Notes: generated from the letters alone by a model not told the origin. A stretch of DNA of 64,000 bases from an uncultured delta proteobacterium (GCA_963771465.1 CAVYTU010000015.1:768001-832000); one strand, 5' to 3'. Numbered from the stretch's first letter, positions 34,804 through 45,073 are shown. Numbers and translations: made by a program.

Positions 34804-36132
34804 TTAAAGCCCGCCACGCAGCTCGTACACCACGTGGGCAAATTGTTTTTTGAATACTTCCGTAGACACGTTGATTTCACTGCTGGAGGCAGCCCGCGCC
34901 AATTGCTCCAAGCGTCCGGGAATTTCAAAATCTTCCCGCTCCAAGCGAATCATATACTCGCGGGCGACTTTGTATGATGGCTTAGTGATATCGACGCTGC
35001 GCACCGAAGTCTTTTTGGTCTTGGCGTCCAGGAGATTTTCAAATTTGAGATATTGCAATTCGCCATCGACGATACAAACCAGGGCGCCGTCAAAGGTTGC
35101 AGTCAGCGCAGTTGGGTTGAGCAAAAACTCGACCGCACCGTAGCCGAGAGTTTTGACGTAGTCGCAATCGAAGGCAACTGGCGGCGCACAGCGCAGCTCG
35201 TAACCAACGGTCTTATGGACGATGGTCAGATTCTGGCCCCGCGCCGCGAAGCGACGTTCAACGAAGGTCTTTAAAATATAAGCGAGATCAAGCTCCGCCA
35301 AGCGCAAATGGCCGTAGCTGTCGCGTTGGATTTGGACGCCGTCGATCGCTGTCAACTCTTGTTCCGGCATCCGTTCGAGCAAACCTTCGGCGATCAGCGC
35401 AACGCCGTCACTGCGCGCCCAAAGGGCTTGGCGCTTGAGGATTGCGCCTTCGAGAATATCGCCGATCGTTTCAAGATGGACAGGGCCGGGAAATTCCTCA
35501 GGGATCACGGCTAACGTAGCGCCCGCGGCTTTGCCGACGCCGAGCGTCAGGTGTCCCGCGGTTCGCCCCATGACGACGACGAAGTACCAGCGCCCGGTGC
35601 TGCGCGAGTCTTCCATTAAGTTATGGACGATTTCGAAACCGTACTGGCGCGCCGTTTCAAAACCAAACGTCGGCGTTTCTCCAGGCAGCGGCAGATCGTT
35701 ATCGATGGTCTTCGGCACGTGGCAGACGCGAATCTCTCCCGCCGAGGCTTTCGCCACCTGGCTCGCTGCGTACATCGTATCGTCGCCGCCGATGGTGACG
35801 AGGTAGCGAATACCGAGAGTTTTTAGTGAAGCTACGACCTGAGCCAAATCGGCGCTATTCTTCGTCGGGTTGGCGCGTGAAGTAGCGAGAATCGATCCGC
35901 CTTCGAAATGGATGCGCGAAACGTCGTCATGATCGAGTTGCTTGATGCGGTCGGTGCGCCCGGCCATCAAATGAGAAAACCCGTCATAGATGCCGACCAC
36001 CTCATGACCCCGGTTGCCGGCTTCTAACGTTACCGCACCGATGGCGCCGTTAATTCCCGGCGCCGGGCCACCACCGACGACAATGCCGACACGTTTCGAT
36101 TCAGTTGAACTAGATTCGATCGCCATGGCCAT
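34804..36132 (-). CDS. pfp: Pyrophosphate-dependent 6-phosphofructokinase
   Basis: GGGPAPGIN, TIGGDDT (GGDD) and PKTIDND (Lys) signatures of PPi use, MGRTAGHL, GYELRC. Confidence 0.9.
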   Translation of the reverse strand: MAMAIESSSTESKRVGIVVGGGPAPGINGAIGAVTLEAGNRGHEVVGIYDGFSHLMAGRTDRIKQLDHDDVSRIHFEGGSILATSRANPTKNSADLAQVVASLKTLGIRYLVTIGGDDTMYAASQVAKASAGEIRVCHVPKTIDNDLPLPGETPTFGFETARQYGFEIVHNLMEDSRSTGRWYFVVVMGRTAGHLTLGVGKAAGATLAVIPEEFPGPVHLETIGDILEGAILKRQALWARSDGVALIAEGLLERMPEQELTAIDGVQIQRDSYGHLRLAELDLAYILKTFVERRFAARGQNLTIVHKTVGYELRCAPPVAFDCDYVKTLGYGAVEFLLNPTALTATFDGALVCIVDGELQYLKFENLLDAKTKKTSVRSVDITKPSYKVAREYMIRLEREDFEIPGRLEQLARAASSSEINVSTEVFKKQFAHVVYELRGGL

Positions 36133-36216
36133 CGCTCCCCTCATGAACAGCCGTTGCAAACCGGCGCAATCAACCTTGATGCCGTCACTCGATTCTAGGT
36201 TGTTGGAACTTTACGC

Positions 36217-36232
36217 GCAATGATTATGCCAG
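36217..36232 (-). promoter_or_regulatory. Sigma54 promoter of pfp
   Basis: Minus strand CTGGCATAATCATTGC (GG-N10-GC), ~85 nt upstream of the start. Confidence 0.75.
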
Positions 36233-36310
36233 TCTACGAGCCCAAACTTTCGGCCATCGTCGCATAACCGTTCTCGAACGGTGCGTCGCATGACTTGCGA
36301 ATAGCCGTAG

Positions 36311-36349
36311 TGCTACAAAAACATGCATTCTCTGATCGATTAATTGGCA
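36311..36349. promoter_or_regulatory. Pair of NtrC-like enhancer boxes
   Basis: TGC-TACAAAAACAT-GCA (36311-36327) and TGA-TCGATTAATTG-GCA (36333-36349), 22 bp apart. Confidence 0.45.
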
Positions 36350-36407
36350 CTTCCGATTCAGCGAAATGGATTCGCCATGAATCGGTTTTAAAAAGATAAT
36401 TCATCCG

Positions 36408-36423
36408 AGGAACAAATCTTGCT
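36408..36423 (+). promoter_or_regulatory. Sigma54 promoter candidate of the second peptide-ligase operon
   Basis: AGGAACAAATCTTGCT (GG-N10-GC with TTGC). Confidence 0.5.
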
Positions 36424-36535
36424 CCTATGCGCTTTGGCGCGAAGATTTTGCCGTCGCTACCATCGACGGTCGCCGCTTGATCCCGGTCGGCTCATCTTCT
36501 AGATTACATGTTCGTCCGTCGACACATTCGCTATC

Positions 36536-39500
36536 ATGTCCATCCACGTCGCGCTCCATCACGTTACCCACTACCGCTACGACCGTGTCATCAATCTTGG
36601 GCCGCAAGTTTTGCGCTTGCGGCCGGCGCCCCATTGCCGCACGCGCATCCTCAGTTATTCGCTCCAGGTTTTACCCAACGAGCACTTCATCAATTGGCAG
36701 CAAGATCCCCAGGCAAACTATTTAGCGCGCCTGGTTTTTAACCACCCGACGAACGAATTTCGCATCGGCGTCGATCTAGTCGCCGAGATGGCGGTGATCA
36801 ATCCATTCGATTTTTTTCTTGAGCCCCATGCCGAGCATTACCCCTTCGAATATGAGTCCTGGCAACGCAACGAGCTCGCGCCCTACTGCAAACGTGAACC
36901 GCTCACGCCGTTGTTTGAAAATTATTTGAATTCGGTGCCGCGGCAGAAATCCCGCAGCGTCGATTTTCTCGTTGGCTTGAACGCGCGATTGGCGCGCGAC
37001 ATCAAATATTTGATTCGTATGGAACCCGGCGTGCAAACGCCGGAGGAAACTCTCGCCAAGGGGTCGGGCTCGTGCCGCGATTCGGCGTGGCTGCTCGTGC
37101 AGCTGCTGCGCCATTTAGGATTGGCGGCGCGTTTTGTCTCCGGCTATTTGATCCAACTCACCGCCGATGTGAAATCCCTCGACGGGCCTGCCGGTCCGGC
37201 AAAAGATTTCACCGATCTGCACGCGTGGGCCGAAGTGTACTTGCCCGGCGCCGGTTGGATCGGTCTCGACGCGACGTCAGGATTGTTCGCCGGTGAAGGC
37301 CACTTGCCGCTCGCCTGCACGCCCGAGCCGGGATCGGCGTCTCCGGTAACCGGCCATGTTGACCCATGCCAAGTAGAATTTTCCCATGAAATGTCGATCA
37401 CCAGGATATGGGAAGCGCCGCGCGTCACCAAGCCCTACAGCGAGGAACAGTGGCAGGCCATCGATCGACTCGGTCAAGCCGTCGATATCGAGCTTAAGAA
37501 AAACGATGTCCGGCTAACTATGGGCGGCGAACCGACTTTTATCTCGATGGACGATTCCGAGGGCGAAGAGTGGACAACGGCAGCGCTCGGGCCAAACAAA
37601 CGACGGCTGGCAGCCGAGGTGTATCATCGCCTGCGCAGCCGCTACGGCGCTCACGGTCTGGTGCATTTTGGCCAGGGCAAATGGTATCCCGGCGAGCCGT
37701 TGCCACGCTGGTCGCTCAACTGCTTTTGGCGCGCCGACGGCGAGCCGATTTGGCGCGACCCAGCATTGATCGCCGACGAGGCTCAGCCCGGCAAGGTGAT
37801 GGCGACGACGGCTGAGGACTTTCTCCGCGCTGTCGCCCAACGGCTCGGCCTGGACCAACAACATATTTTCCCCGCCTACGAGGATCTGTTTTACTACCTA
37901 TGGCGCGAGCACCGCTTGCCGGCCAATGTCGATCCCTTCGACTCTCGGCTCGAAGATGCGCTCGAACGGCAACGGCTTATGCGTGTGCTGACTCAAGGGC
38001 TAAAACAAATCGTCGGTCACGCGCTGCCGGTGGCGCGCGACTTTGCGACCGGGCGATGGCGCAGCGGCGCTTGGTTTCTGCGCTCTGAGCATTGTTATCT
38101 GTTGCCCGGCGACTCGCCCATGGGCTACCGCCTGCCGCTCGACTCGCTGCCGTGGACCAGCGCCAACGACTACCCGGATATTTTTCCACCGGATCCAACC
38201 CAGCCGTTCCCGCCCCTTGCCACTCATGCGCAAATCCGTTTTCAGCTCGGCGCAGTGAAGTCCGCGGCTGGCGAAAGGCCTAGCGGCGGCGCGGAAAATC
38301 GCGGCCCAACCGAACGTGCGCCCGCCAAGCACGAGAGCGCGGCCTGGATTTCGCGCACGGCGCTCTGCGCCGAGCCGCGCCACGGGGTGTTGTACATTTT
38401 CATACCGCCGGTGAATTCGGTGGAAGATTATCTCGAGCTCGTTTCGGCCGTCGAAGCCAGCGCCGAAGCCTTGCGCCAGCCGATCATGTTGGAAGGCTAC
38501 GAGCCACCGCGCGACCCGCGGCTGGCCAATTTTCGCATCACCCCGGACCCGGGCGTGATCGAGGTAAATATTCATCCGTCGTCGAACTGGGATGAGCTGA
38601 GCGAGCGCACGACTTTCCTCTACGAAACGGCGCGCGCCTGTCGCTTGTCGACGGAAAAATTCATGCTCGACGGCCGCCACACCGGCACCGGCGGCGGCAA
38701 TCATTTCGCCCTCGGCGGCGCCACGCCGGCGGATTCGCCGTGGCTCCGGCGGCCGGATCTGTTGCGTAGTTTGTTGAGCTTCTGGCACAACCATCCGTCG
38801 CTGTCGTTTCTTTTCAGCGGGCTGTTTATCGGGCCGACTTCCCAGGCGCCGCGCATCGATGAAGCGCGTAGCGACTCCGTGCGCGAGCTCGAAGTGGCGT
38901 TTCGCGAGATGGAGCGGCGCGCGGACGCCAAGGATTGCCCGCCTTGGCTCATCGACCGGCTGCTGCGCAATTTGCTGATTGATGTCACCGGCAATACTCA
39001 TCGCGCCGAATTCTGCATCGACAAACTCTATTCGCCGGACAGCGCTACCGGACGTTTGGGGTTGTTAGAAATGCGCGCCTTCGAGATGCCGCCGCACGCG
39101 CGCATGAGTCTGACCCAACAGTTACTGATCCGCGCGCTGATCGCGCGTTTTTGGGAAACGCCCTACGCGCCGCCGCGTCTGGCGCGCTGGGGCACGGAAC
39201 TGCATGACCGTTTTCTGTTACCGCATTTTGTCTGGCTCGACTTCGAGGACGTGATCGCGGAATTGAATCAAGCCGGCTATAGCTTCGATCCAGCGTGGTT
39301 TGCGCCGCACTTTGAATTTCGTTTTCCTAAATACGGCGACTTCGCCGCGCGTGGCATCGAAATGGAACTGCGCGCCGCCCTTGAGCCGTGGCATGTGCTC
39401 GGTGAAGAAGGCGCCGCCGGCGGCACCGCGCGCTACGTCGACTCCTCGTTGGAAAGAATTCAAGTCAAAGTCATCGGACTACCGCCGGATCGCTACGCGA

Positions 39501-39862
39501 TCACCTGCAACGAAGTAGCGCTGCCGCTACGATCGACCGGCACCGTCGGCGAATTCGTCGCCGCCGTGCGCTATCGCGCCTGGCAGCCGCCTTCGGCCTT
39601 GCATCCCACCATCGGCGTGCACACGCCGCTAACTTTTGATATCGTCGACCGCTGGATAAAGCGCAGCCTCGGCGGCTGCCAATACCACGTCATGCACCCC
39701 GGCGGCCGCAGCTATGAGGTCTTTCCCGTCAACGCCTTCGAAGCCGAGAGCCGTCGACTCGAACGGTTTTCCCGCATCGGTCACACGCCGGGGATTATGG
39801 AAATCGACGAGGCGCGCATCGACCCGGAGTTTCCCTTCACCCTCGATTTGCGTAAAATCTAG
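36536..39862 (+). CDS. Transglutaminase + putative amidoligase (DUF2126) fusion
   Basis: HHVTHYRYDR, GSCRDSAWL, DFTDLHAWAEVY, LTMGGEPTF, TPDPGVIEVN, HTGTGGGNH, EMRAFEMPPH, FPFTLDLR. Confidence 0.93.
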   Translation: MSIHVALHHVTHYRYDRVINLGPQVLRLRPAPHCRTRILSYSLQVLPNEHFINWQQDPQANYLARLVFNHPTNEFRIGVDLVAEMAVINPFDFFLEPHAEHYPFEYESWQRNELAPYCKREPLTPLFENYLNSVPRQKSRSVDFLVGLNARLARDIKYLIRMEPGVQTPEETLAKGSGSCRDSAWLLVQLLRHLGLAARFVSGYLIQLTADVKSLDGPAGPAKDFTDLHAWAEVYLPGAGWIGLDATSGLFAGEGHLPLACTPEPGSASPVTGHVDPCQVEFSHEMSITRIWEAPRVTKPYSEEQWQAIDRLGQAVDIELKKNDVRLTMGGEPTFISMDDSEGEEWTTAALGPNKRRLAAEVYHRLRSRYGAHGLVHFGQGKWYPGEPLPRWSLNCFWRADGEPIWRDPALIADEAQPGKVMATTAEDFLRAVAQRLGLDQQHIFPAYEDLFYYLWREHRLPANVDPFDSRLEDALERQRLMRVLTQGLKQIVGHALPVARDFATGRWRSGAWFLRSEHCYLLPGDSPMGYRLPLDSLPWTSANDYPDIFPPDPTQPFPPLATHAQIRFQLGAVKSAAGERPSGGAENRGPTERAPAKHESAAWISRTALCAEPRHGVLYIFIPPVNSVEDYLELVSAVEASAEALRQPIMLEGYEPPRDPRLANFRITPDPGVIEVNIHPSSNWDELSERTTFLYETARACRLSTEKFMLDGRHTGTGGGNHFALGGATPADSPWLRRPDLLRSLLSFWHNHPSLSFLFSGLFIGPTSQAPRIDEARSDSVRELEVAFREMERRADAKDCPPWLIDRLLRNLLIDVTGNTHRAEFCIDKLYSPDSATGRLGLLEMRAFEMPPHARMSLTQQLLIRALIARFWETPYAPPRLARWGTELHDRFLLPHFVWLDFEDVIAELNQAGYSFDPAWFAPHFEFRFPKYGDFAARGIEMELRAALEPWHVLGEEGAAGGTARYVDSSLERIQVKVIGLPPDRYAITCNEVALPLRSTGTVGEFVAAVRYRAWQPPSALHPTIGVHTPLTFDIVDRWIKRSLGGCQYHVMHPGGRSYEVFPVNAFEAESRRLERFSRIGHTPGIMEIDEARIDPEFPFTLDLRKI

Positions 39863-39961
39863 GGCGACCGCCGGGTCACTCCTACCTTCGCATGGCAAGA
39901 GCAACGGAGACCGTGCAGCGCGAGGATTATCGATCGAAACTCTAAAGCAACATTTTGGCCC

Positions 39962-42475
39962 ATGGCCCGTTCAAAAGCGTTAATGAATTATCTTCCCACG
40001 CCCGATCGTTACGACGAAGTTTTCGATCCTCAGGGACGCCCACGGGTGCATTGGGCGCGCTTGGCCCAAGCGGCGCGGCGCGCCAGCCGCACGGCGTTGT
40101 CGCGCCGCGCCGGGACGATTCGCCGTGCCGTCGAGCAGGATGGCGTGACCTACAACATTTACGGCGATCCCAAGGGAACCGACCGCCCTTGGGAAGTCGA
40201 TTTATTGCCGTTGGTGATTGCGACGGAGGAATGGCAATTTCTCGCCAAAGCCGTCGAACAGCGCGCGCGCCTGATGGATCGCCTGCTCGCCGACCTCTAC
40301 GGCGCCAATCGCCTGCTCGCCGAAGGGTTGATCCCGCCGGCGATCATTCACGGTCATCACAATTATTTATGGCCCTGCCGCGGCATCGAGCCGCCGGGCG
40401 GAACCTTCCTGCATCTCTATGCCTGCGATCTCGCCCGCTCGCCCGATGGCCGCTGGTGGGTGATCGGCGATCGCACCCAAGGTCCTTCGGGGGCGGGTTA
40501 CGCGGTACAAAACCGGCTCATCGTGACGCCCCTGTACGAAAACATTTTTCGCTCTCTCGGGGTGCAAAGATTGGCGAATTTTTTCCGCACCCTGCAACAG
40601 CAGCTTGCCGCGCTCGCGCCCACCGATGGCGAAGCGCCGCTGGTCGCCCTGCTGACGCCGGGGCCGTACAACGAAACCTATTTCGAGCATGTTTTTCTCG
40701 CCCGCTATCTGGGTTACCCGCTGGTCGAAGGATCGGACCTGACGGTGCGCGACAATCGCGTCTATCTGAAAACCTTGCAAGGTTTGAAGCGCGTGCACGC
40801 GCTGGTGCGCCGTTTGGACGACGAATACTGCGATCCAGCCGCGTTGCGCACCGATTCGACCCTCGGTGTCGCCGGCTTGATCTCGGCGGCGCGCGCCGGC
40901 AACGTGCTGCTTGCCAATGCCCTGGGCTCCGGCGTGCTGGAGTCGCCGGCGCTACTCGGCTTCTTGCCGGCCATTTGCGAGCGGATGCTCGGCGAGCCTC
41001 TGGCGTTGCCGTCGGTGGCGACCTGGTGGTGCGGCGAAGCGCCGGCGCTCAAGCATGCGATCGACCGACTTCCCGAACTGGTCATCAAACCGGCCTTCGC
41101 TTCGATGAAACTCGAACCGACTTTCGGCCATAATTTAGATAGCGCCGGGCGCGCAGCGCTGGCGGAACGAATGCGCGCGACGCCCCACGCCTTTGTCGCT
41201 CAGGAATGGGTGCGCTTGTCTCAGGCGCCCACCTGGTCGAACGAGACCCAGCAGTTCGAACCACGGGTCGTCGGCTTGCGGCTTTATGCGACCGCCAACG
41301 GCAACGGCTACGACGTCATGCCCGGTGGGCTCGCCCGCGTCGCTCCCGAGTCGGCCATCGAAGTCATCACCATGCAACGGGGCGGATCAAGCAAAGATGT
41401 TTGGGTGCTAGGCGCCGGCGCGACGCCGTGGCAATCGCTGCTGGTGCCGCGCCTCGGCGCCCGCAATCTCGTGCGCGGCGGGTTCTATTCGCCGTCGCGC
41501 GCGGTGGAAAATCTGTTCTGGATGGGGCGCTACGCCGAGCGCATCGAAAATATCGGACGCTTGTTGCGGGCCGTCGGTCAACGCCTTACCGAAAGCGATC
41601 CGGCGCATTTGCCAACGCTCAAGGTGCTGACCCTGTTATCGGATAAAGCGCGCTTGCGCGAGCCGGTCGCCAACGGCAACGCACCGCCGCCGGCGAAGAA
41701 AAAACTGCCGCTCAACGTTGGCCCGGAGTGGGTGCTAGCGGCGGTGGGCGACCCGAAGGTTCAAAATGGCATTCCCGCCAACACCGGCCGGCTGCTGTTC
41801 TGCGCCACCCAACTTCGAGAGCGCATGTCGCTCGATCATTGGCGCACTGTGCAACGGCTCGCCCATGCGCACGAGCCGGTGGCGCAAAGTCTGGAGGCAG
41901 CGTTGACCGTTCTCGATCGCGTGATTCCCGTTGCCACGGCGCTCGCCGGCTACGCCTTTGACGATATGACCCGGGATGACGCCTGGCTCTTCCTCGTCAT
42001 GGGGCGACAGTTGGAGCGCATGGCGTTTTTGAGCTCGGCGGCGACCCATGTGCTCGGGCTGCCGGACGAAGATTGCGACGCCGTGCTGGGGGCGTTATTG
42101 GAAATCGGCAACGTCAGCATGACCTATCGGGCGCGCTACCAGCGTCACCCCGAACTGCTGCCGGTTCTCGACCTCTTGGTGCTCGACGAGCAGAATCCGC
42201 ACTCGGTCTGTTTTCAGCTGGCGGCGCTCTACAACCATCTGAAACAAGTCTGGGCGCGGCTGGAATTTCGGCCGGTCAATGATCCGGCCTCGCTGTTGCA
42301 GGCGCTCAGAGGATTCGATGTCGCCGAATTGGAAAATCTGCGCATGCGCCAAGGCGAACCTCTCGCCGCGCTTTTGGCGGCTTGTGAACGCTGCGCCTAC
42401 GGACTCTCCGACGAGCTCACCCATCGCTTTTTCATCCACGCCGGCGAACGCCCACAGACGAACGTAGCAGCATGA
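39962..42475 (+). CDS. Circularly permuted ATP-grasp + alpha-E fusion protein
   Basis: GVTYNIY, DRTQGPSGAGY, LLTPGPYNETYFEH, GGSSKDVWV, then PSRAVENLFWMGRYAER, DMTRDDAW..GRQLER. Confidence 0.93.
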   Translation: MARSKALMNYLPTPDRYDEVFDPQGRPRVHWARLAQAARRASRTALSRRAGTIRRAVEQDGVTYNIYGDPKGTDRPWEVDLLPLVIATEEWQFLAKAVEQRARLMDRLLADLYGANRLLAEGLIPPAIIHGHHNYLWPCRGIEPPGGTFLHLYACDLARSPDGRWWVIGDRTQGPSGAGYAVQNRLIVTPLYENIFRSLGVQRLANFFRTLQQQLAALAPTDGEAPLVALLTPGPYNETYFEHVFLARYLGYPLVEGSDLTVRDNRVYLKTLQGLKRVHALVRRLDDEYCDPAALRTDSTLGVAGLISAARAGNVLLANALGSGVLESPALLGFLPAICERMLGEPLALPSVATWWCGEAPALKHAIDRLPELVIKPAFASMKLEPTFGHNLDSAGRAALAERMRATPHAFVAQEWVRLSQAPTWSNETQQFEPRVVGLRLYATANGNGYDVMPGGLARVAPESAIEVITMQRGGSSKDVWVLGAGATPWQSLLVPRLGARNLVRGGFYSPSRAVENLFWMGRYAERIENIGRLLRAVGQRLTESDPAHLPTLKVLTLLSDKARLREPVANGNAPPPAKKKLPLNVGPEWVLAAVGDPKVQNGIPANTGRLLFCATQLRERMSLDHWRTVQRLAHAHEPVAQSLEAALTVLDRVIPVATALAGYAFDDMTRDDAWLFLVMGRQLERMAFLSSAATHVLGLPDEDCDAVLGALLEIGNVSMTYRARYQRHPELLPVLDLLVLDEQNPHSVCFQLAALYNHLKQVWARLEFRPVNDPASLLQALRGFDVAELENLRMRQGEPLAALLAACERCAYGLSDELTHRFFIHAGERPQTNVAA

Positions 42476-43374
42476 GTCAAAACGGCGCGCGCCATTATCG
42501 GGTCGAACACTACACCGCGTACCGTTACTCGGAGCCAGTGATGCTATCGCATCAGCAGCTTCATCTGACGCCGCGGCCGCTGGACTACCAACCGATCCAA
42601 GACCATGAAGTGGCCATCAAACCGACGCCGACGCAACAGCGCAAAATGATCGACGCCTTCGGCAATCCAGTGACCGAGATCGCCATCGAAGCGGCGCACA
42701 CCACCTTGGATATCATCGCCCGAACGACCGTGGCGGTGGCGCAACGGCCGCTGATCGATCCAGCACAAACGCCTGCCTGGGAATCCGTTCGCGACGGCCT
42801 TGCCTACCGCGCCGGCTGGCATCCCGAGCCAGCGATGCTCGATGCCACGCACTTTCTGTTCGAATCCCCTTACGTGCGAGTGAAACGTACTCTTAGAGCC
42901 TATGCCGGCGATTGTTTTGAACCGGGCCGGCCGATACTGGAAGTGGCGACAGCGCTGATGGCGAAAATTCACGGCGAGTTTAAATTCGATGCGGCAGCGA
43001 CCAACGTCACCACGCCGGTGATGGAATTTTTCGAGCAGAAGCGCGGCGTGTGCCAGGACTTTACCCATTTGATGATCTCGTGCTTGCGTTCGAGCGGCTT
43101 GGCAGCGCGTTACGTGAGCGGCTATTTGCTCACGCGCCCGGCCCCCGGCAAGCCACCTCGCGCCGGCGCCGACGTGTCCCACGCGTGGGTATCACTATTT
43201 GTCCCTGGAAATGGCTGGATCGACTTCGACCCGACCAACAATGTTGTGCCATCGTGGGAGCATATCACCCTCGCATGGGGCCGCGACTTCTCCGACGTGA
43301 CGCCTTTGCGCGGTATCATCAACGGCGGCGGCGAGCAAACTCTGGAGGTCAAGGTGGCCGTCGAACCGCTCTAG
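42472..43374 (+). CDS. Transglutaminase-like protein
   Basis: GVCQDFTH, ARYVSGY, DVSHAWV, WIDFDPTN, WGRDFSDV; ATGA overlap with the upstream gene. Confidence 0.93.
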   Translation: MSQNGARHYRVEHYTAYRYSEPVMLSHQQLHLTPRPLDYQPIQDHEVAIKPTPTQQRKMIDAFGNPVTEIAIEAAHTTLDIIARTTVAVAQRPLIDPAQTPAWESVRDGLAYRAGWHPEPAMLDATHFLFESPYVRVKRTLRAYAGDCFEPGRPILEVATALMAKIHGEFKFDAAATNVTTPVMEFFEQKRGVCQDFTHLMISCLRSSGLAARYVSGYLLTRPAPGKPPRAGADVSHAWVSLFVPGNGWIDFDPTNNVVPSWEHITLAWGRDFSDVTPLRGIINGGGEQTLEVKVAVEPL

Positions 43375-43419
43375 CAACTCATTGCGCCCTCGTTGCGCTC
43401 TCTACAGTGTGACCCCGCT

Positions 43420-44148
43420 CTACTGGGTCAGCGTCAGCAGAACATCGGCATACCAGGCGCAGTTGAGATCCAAGCGCTCGTCCTGAGCGACATCGCGGTC
43501 GGCCAAGTCCATGCGCGCCGAGTGCACGCCCAAGAGCATCCAGGCGAGTTCGCCGCGACCGGAACGCTCGGTCGTCATACGCGCGACGACGGGCGCACCG
43601 CTGGTACCGCGGTGCATTCTGGCGTCGGTCAAAAAATAGCCTTGGCCTTGGAAACGAATACCGAACGCGGAAGCGATTACCGCCTGGCGCGCCACCGGCA
43701 AGTGATGCAAGTTGTCATGAAACCCCAAGGGAAAACCGACGATCAGCACCGGCGTTCCCACTTCGACTTGATCCAATTCGGCGACCAGATGAGCCGGCGT
43801 AAAGGCTGACAGAACGATCGCCTCGGGCAATGCTGGTCGTTGAATCTCCACGGCGGCGACGTCGACGCTGCCGCCGGAGTCGACACTCTGGCGCCAAAGT
43901 GGTTGGTTTCCGCCGTACAGCGGCATCGACCACTGACACACCGCAGCTACGTTGTTGGAATCCATGTGCAGCTCGACGTCGAGCCGGTCCGGCCGGTGAT
44001 TGCTCGCCTCATCCAATACGACATGACGGCTGGTCACTAAAAATAACCGGTCATCGCGTTGGAAGAAAAAACCGGTGGCGCCGGTCAACGGCTTATCACC
44101 CAACATCGTCGAGACTCGGGTTACCGCCAACAGCAATGATTCGATCAA
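43420..44148 (-). CDS. Trypsin-like serine peptidase without signal peptide
   Basis: ATGFFF, LVTSRHV (His), VDVAAV (Asp), IVGFPLG, HRGTSGAPV (Ser); TTG start at 44148 with AGGAG RBS. Confidence 0.85.
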   Translation of the reverse strand: MIESLLLAVTRVSTMLGDKPLTGATGFFFQRDDRLFLVTSRHVVLDEASNHRPDRLDVELHMDSNNVAAVCQWSMPLYGGNQPLWRQSVDSGGSVDVAAVEIQRPALPEAIVLSAFTPAHLVAELDQVEVGTPVLIVGFPLGFHDNLHHLPVARQAVIASAFGIRFQGQGYFLTDARMHRGTSGAPVVARMTTERSGRGELAWMLLGVHSARMDLADRDVAQDERLDLNCAWYADVLLTLTQ

Positions 44149-44526
44149 GCAAGTTCTCCTAAGCAATCCTGACTCTTGGACAAAATTAATTTTAGCGCAG
44201 ATTTTGCGATCGGTCATTGTATCCGCACGAGGAGTTTGTTTTGAATATCGACCCAATTGACTGAGTTCCGGAACAGCCAGCCAGACCGGGCTAAATAGTC
44301 AGAGAACCTCAGCCGCTCCCTTTCGTCATCAGCTTTATCGTTTCAAACCGGAGAAAGATACGCCGGCAACTATCCGTAGCATCCATGCGGAAACAGCATG
44401 ATCGAAAATGTGCCTTAGATAGGAGCGCCGATTGCTCGGCACGGCAGATTGGCGCGGACGTACAGCAGCGCTTCACACGACGCTGAGGGACCGATCTATA
44501 AAGACCTTTGAGCGGCTTGAGCTTGC

Positions 44527-44967
44527 TTAGGAAGCCAACGCCAACTCGATGTTTGACTGGCGCTGTGGGCTGATCTCTCCCGGCTTGACACCCGAAACAT
44601 TTTCCTCCTTGTAACGCACCAGCATGCGCCGGATGTAGCCCGGGTCAATGTTGAGAATCCCGCACACGTTGTAAAGACTGAAGACGCCGTGATCGTCACC
44701 GCTGAAAAACCATTCCTCCGCTTCGCGGTAGCTTCTCTTTTTGTGCCGGTTCACAGTAAAACAATCAGTAGTGTAGCAATCGATGGCGTCGCGCAGCACC
44801 GCCGCCATTAATCTTCGCTCCGGTGTGTAATTCGGCTTGCCTTGATAGACGTGCAAATATTCGTGCATGCAGAGCACGTCGTTTTGGCCGAACCAGCGTT
44901 GCGTTTCCTCCTTAGAGTATGGGTCATCGCCGCTCTGTTGATTTGCCACGTAATCTTTCTGCATCAT
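44527..44967 (-). CDS. Conserved hypothetical protein
   Basis: Protein-like motifs PERRLMAAVLRDAIDCY and EAEEWFFS..FSLYNVCGILNIDPGYIRR; RBS GGGAGGGG before ATG 44967. Confidence 0.7.
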   Translation of the reverse strand: MMQKDYVANQQSGDDPYSKEETQRWFGQNDVLCMHEYLHVYQGKPNYTPERRLMAAVLRDAIDCYTTDCFTVNRHKKRSYREAEEWFFSGDDHGVFSLYNVCGILNIDPGYIRRMLVRYKEENVSGVKPGEISPQRQSNIELALAS

Positions 44968-45073
44968 GATTCCCCTCCCAGGCCTCTTACATGCGCCACA
45001 GGATCGCACCGCGGACCAGCGTATCTCTGTGGAGTCGGCAGTTATTCGTAAACATGCCGCAACTCCATCGCTG

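Noticed and set aside
36345-36452. TGGCAC at 36345 and TGGCGC..TTGC near 36435 as sigma54 promoters
   Set aside because: The first lacks the -12 GC; the second has 12-nt rather than 10-nt spacing
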